DNA of 35,895 bases from positions 1 to 35,895 of IMG/VR virus record IMGVR_UViG_3300034980_000082, one strand, 5' to 3'. Source of the stretch: a virus (Duplodnaviria > Caudoviricetes). A program made the translations under genes and the position numbers. Position 1 is the stretch's first letter, and the number at the start of each line of letters is the position of its first letter. Under the pieces are notes generated by a model. The model made no database searches. It had not been told where the DNA came from and worked only from the letters and a program-made list of their open reading frames with translations. Shown here piece after piece: positions 33,664-35,895 of the stretch.

Positions 33664-35895
33664 ATGGCTGGCATTGATGATATTAGCCCTACCCCACCCT
33701 ACAGCGATGAAGATGTAGAAACTGTAAAAGCATTACTTAACAACGGTGACGTAGATGTTGAAACTGTTGCTGCTCATTTTAGCGTTCCGGTTAATGTTGT
33801 AATTGAGAATCTTACAGGAGTCCCAAGGGATTCCTATACGTCTGGAAATGCTACGCCCGAAAACGTCAACTCTGTAATGAAACTAATTAATAGTGGAGTC
33901 GCAAGCAGCGGAAACATTGCCAACTACTTATCAGCGTCTATTGGCGAAGTTGAAAGTTATTTGACGGATGTCGAACTGTATACGGCTGAAGACATAGCAA
34001 ACGCTGCCGCAGGAGAAAGGGTTGCCTCAGCAGATGTTAGGAATATAGAAGCTGACGGCGATTATACCCAAGAAGAAATTAAGATGGTTACGGATGCCCT
34101 TAACTCGGGCCTGTTAAATTCAGCTCAAGTGGCTCAGCAGTTCAATGTTACCGAAGACTCTGTTAACACTGAGCTGGAGGCCATTAACGCAAGGGATGCT
34201 GCCGCAGCCAAAGCTGCTGCTGATGCTAAAGCTAAAGCCGATGCTGATGCTGCTGCGGCTAAGGCTAAAGCCGATGCCGATGCTGCTGCTAAGGCCGCTG
34301 CCGATGCTAAGGCCAAGGCAGACGCAGACATAAAAGCCAAGAAAGATGCCGCCGATGCTGCCGCTAAAGCTGCCGCTGCTGCCAAAGCAAAAGCTGACAA
34401 GGCCGCTGCCACTGCCGCTGAAAAGGCTGCTGCTGAAGCCGCCGCCGATGCTGCTGCCGCAGCTAAAGCTGCTGCCGATGCTGCTGTTCAACAGGCAAAA
34501 GTAGATGCTGCCGCTGCTGCTAAAGAAAAGGCTGATGCTGCTGCGGCTACTGCCGCTGCTGCCAATGCCGCCAACGTTTCAGCTAATGCTGCAGCAAATA
34601 GTCTGACAGCCATAGATACGGCTGGTGCTGACATTCAAACAGGGCTACTTGGCTCTGAGACTGCTCTTAAAACAGGAGCAACAAACGCCATCGCTGCCCT
34701 AGATGCGCTAAACGCTTCCGGCAGATCAGACCTAACAACACAAAACGCTGCTGCACTAGCGTCTGCTGAAGCGCAAAAGGCTATAGCAGAACAAGCTATT
34801 AGAGCCGGAACAGATCAAGGTGTTAACGCATTCAATACTGCTGTCACAGGAGGAAGACAAGACCTTCGTGATGAGTACGCTGCTGCCTTAGAAAAAGCGG
34901 TTGCACAAAACACAATCTCAAGGAATGACATTACATCAGGAAGGACTAGCGGATTAGAAGCTTTAAGAACAGGGCTTGATGCTGGAGCTGCAAACTTACA
35001 AAGCAATTACGATACTGCTTTGGAAAAGGCAGTTGCTCAAGCCGCTATTGCTAGAGGTGACATTACTGGCGCAGAAACTAGAGGCATGGAAGCTCTTAAC
35101 ACGGGTCTTGATGTAGCTAGAGGGGACATCAATCTGGCAACGGATATTGCTAGGGGAGACATTAACCAGGGAATGGATACCGCTAGACAAGATATAACTA
35201 GCTCAGTTGATCGCGCTACGGGAATGTTTAACCCTTATCAAGAGGCCGGAACAACAGCCTTGCAACAACAAATGGCGCTCTCTGGCGCATTAGGGCAGGA
35301 CGCTTTTAACGCTGCCTATCAAGAGTCACCGCAGATGGCGTTTCTTAGAGAGCAAGGGATGAGAGCTAATCTAGCTGGCGCTGGCGCAACTGGCGGTCTG
35401 GGCGGCGGTAACGTACAAAAGGAACTGGCTCGATTTGGTCAGGGTCTTGCATCCCAAGGTCTTCAACAGCAAATAGCTAACCTAAGCGGCCTTTCAGGCC
35501 AAGGGCTTAACGCAGCGGGAAGTGCTGCGAATGTTGTAACGGGAGGCGGCTCTAATCTTGCAAACATTGCGAGTGGGGGAGCATCCAACTTATCAAATCT
35601 TGCAGCCAATAGAGGCAACAACTTGTCTAATCTGGGTGTTGCGGCTGGACAGGCTGGGCTTCAGTCGGCCATGTCTTCGGGCAGCAACTTGTCCAATATA
35701 GCTTCTAATTTAGGGTCGCAACAGCTTCAAGCGAATATGAGCTTAGGCAATCAATTGTCGGGCCTTGATGTCGCTGGCGGTCAGGCTGGACTCCAAGCCT
35801 TTACGAATGAAGGCCAGAACTTGGCAAATCTAGCCCAAACTCTTGGCGGTCAACAGCTCCAAACCGGAACAAATCTAGGTGGAAATCTCGCAGAT
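33664..35895 (+). CDS. Large gp7-like ejection protein (~943 aa, continues through 128-727)
   Basis: Open frame from ATG 33664 (GGAGG SD) with no stop to the window end; NPYQEAG...YQESPQMAFLREQG...GGLGGGNVQKELARFGQGLASQ motif of P22 gp7-like proteins. Confidence 0.8.
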   Translation, partial: MAGIDDISPTPPYSDEDVETVKALLNNGDVDVETVAAHFSVPVNVVIENLTGVPRDSYTSGNATPENVNSVMKLINSGVASSGNIANYLSASIGEVESYLTDVELYTAEDIANAAAGERVASADVRNIEADGDYTQEEIKMVTDALNSGLLNSAQVAQQFNVTEDSVNTELEAINARDAAAAKAAADAKAKADADAAAAKAKADADAAAKAAADAKAKADADIKAKKDAADAAAKAAAAAKAKADKAAATAAEKAAAEAAADAAAAAKAAADAAVQQAKVDAAAAAKEKADAAAATAAAANAANVSANAAANSLTAIDTAGADIQTGLLGSETALKTGATNAIAALDALNASGRSDLTTQNAAALASAEAQKAIAEQAIRAGTDQGVNAFNTAVTGGRQDLRDEYAAALEKAVAQNTISRNDITSGRTSGLEALRTGLDAGAANLQSNYDTALEKAVAQAAIARGDITGAETRGMEALNTGLDVARGDINLATDIARGDINQGMDTARQDITSSVDRATGMFNPYQEAGTTALQQQMALSGALGQDAFNAAYQESPQMAFLREQGMRANLAGAGATGGLGGGNVQKELARFGQGLASQGLQQQIANLSGLSGQGLNAAGSAANVVTGGGSNLANIASGGASNLSNLAANRGNNLSNLGVAAGQAGLQSAMSSGSNLSNIASNLGSQQLQANMSLGNQLSGLDVAGGQAGLQAFTNEGQNLANLAQTLGGQQLQTGTNLGGNLAD
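35769..35895. repeat. 127-bp terminal direct repeat (copy 2)
   Basis: Identical to 1-127. Confidence 0.95.

Noticed and set aside
34120-34491. Antisense and alternative-frame ORFs over low-complexity regions (also 4208-5086, 11594-11884, 13987-14493)
   Set aside because: Shadows of Ala-, Asn/Thr- or Glu-rich sense genes, which lack stops in other frames
35769-35895. 127-bp terminal repeat as a biological terminal repeat
   Set aside because: It lies mid-gene and equals a common assembler k-mer; it indicates circular assembly, not physical ends
1-35895. tRNA genes, introns/inteins or alternative genetic code
   Set aside because: No gap is large or structured enough by eye, core genes are of normal length, and standard-code ORFs tile the genome densely

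Overview
The window is an apparently complete, circularly assembled ~35.77-kb P22-like podovirus genome. Positions 1-127 repeat exactly at 35769-35895, and one ~943-aa gene missing from the ORF track spans that join. Gene order is: ejection proteins; tail fibre and adaptor; three 7-bladed RCC1/BLIP-II propeller genes with an embedded sulfotransferase-TPR-glycosyltransferase fusion; a three-gene exported/membrane cassette; an extended lysis block; terL and portal; a divergent lambdoid early module (ssb, erf, Cro-like, DUF1376 initiator with iterons, P-like, NinB, YbcO, RusA); then terS, scaffold, coat, gp4, gp10 and more ejection proteins. I recognised no integrase, CI repressor, ParA/ParB, reverse transcriptase, tRNA or CRISPR array. 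The most notable observations are (i) the propeller array with a split N-terminal docking motif, DNA-level blade sharing and its own sulfation/glycosylation enzyme, (ii) an uncharacterised Sec-exported tripartite cassette, (iii) a chromosomal-type parS site with no phage parAB, (iv) terS separated from terL with an 8-bp direct repeat at both junctions, and (v) an RNA structure occluding the coat SD and AUG. All family assignments are motif recognition by eye; no searches were run.
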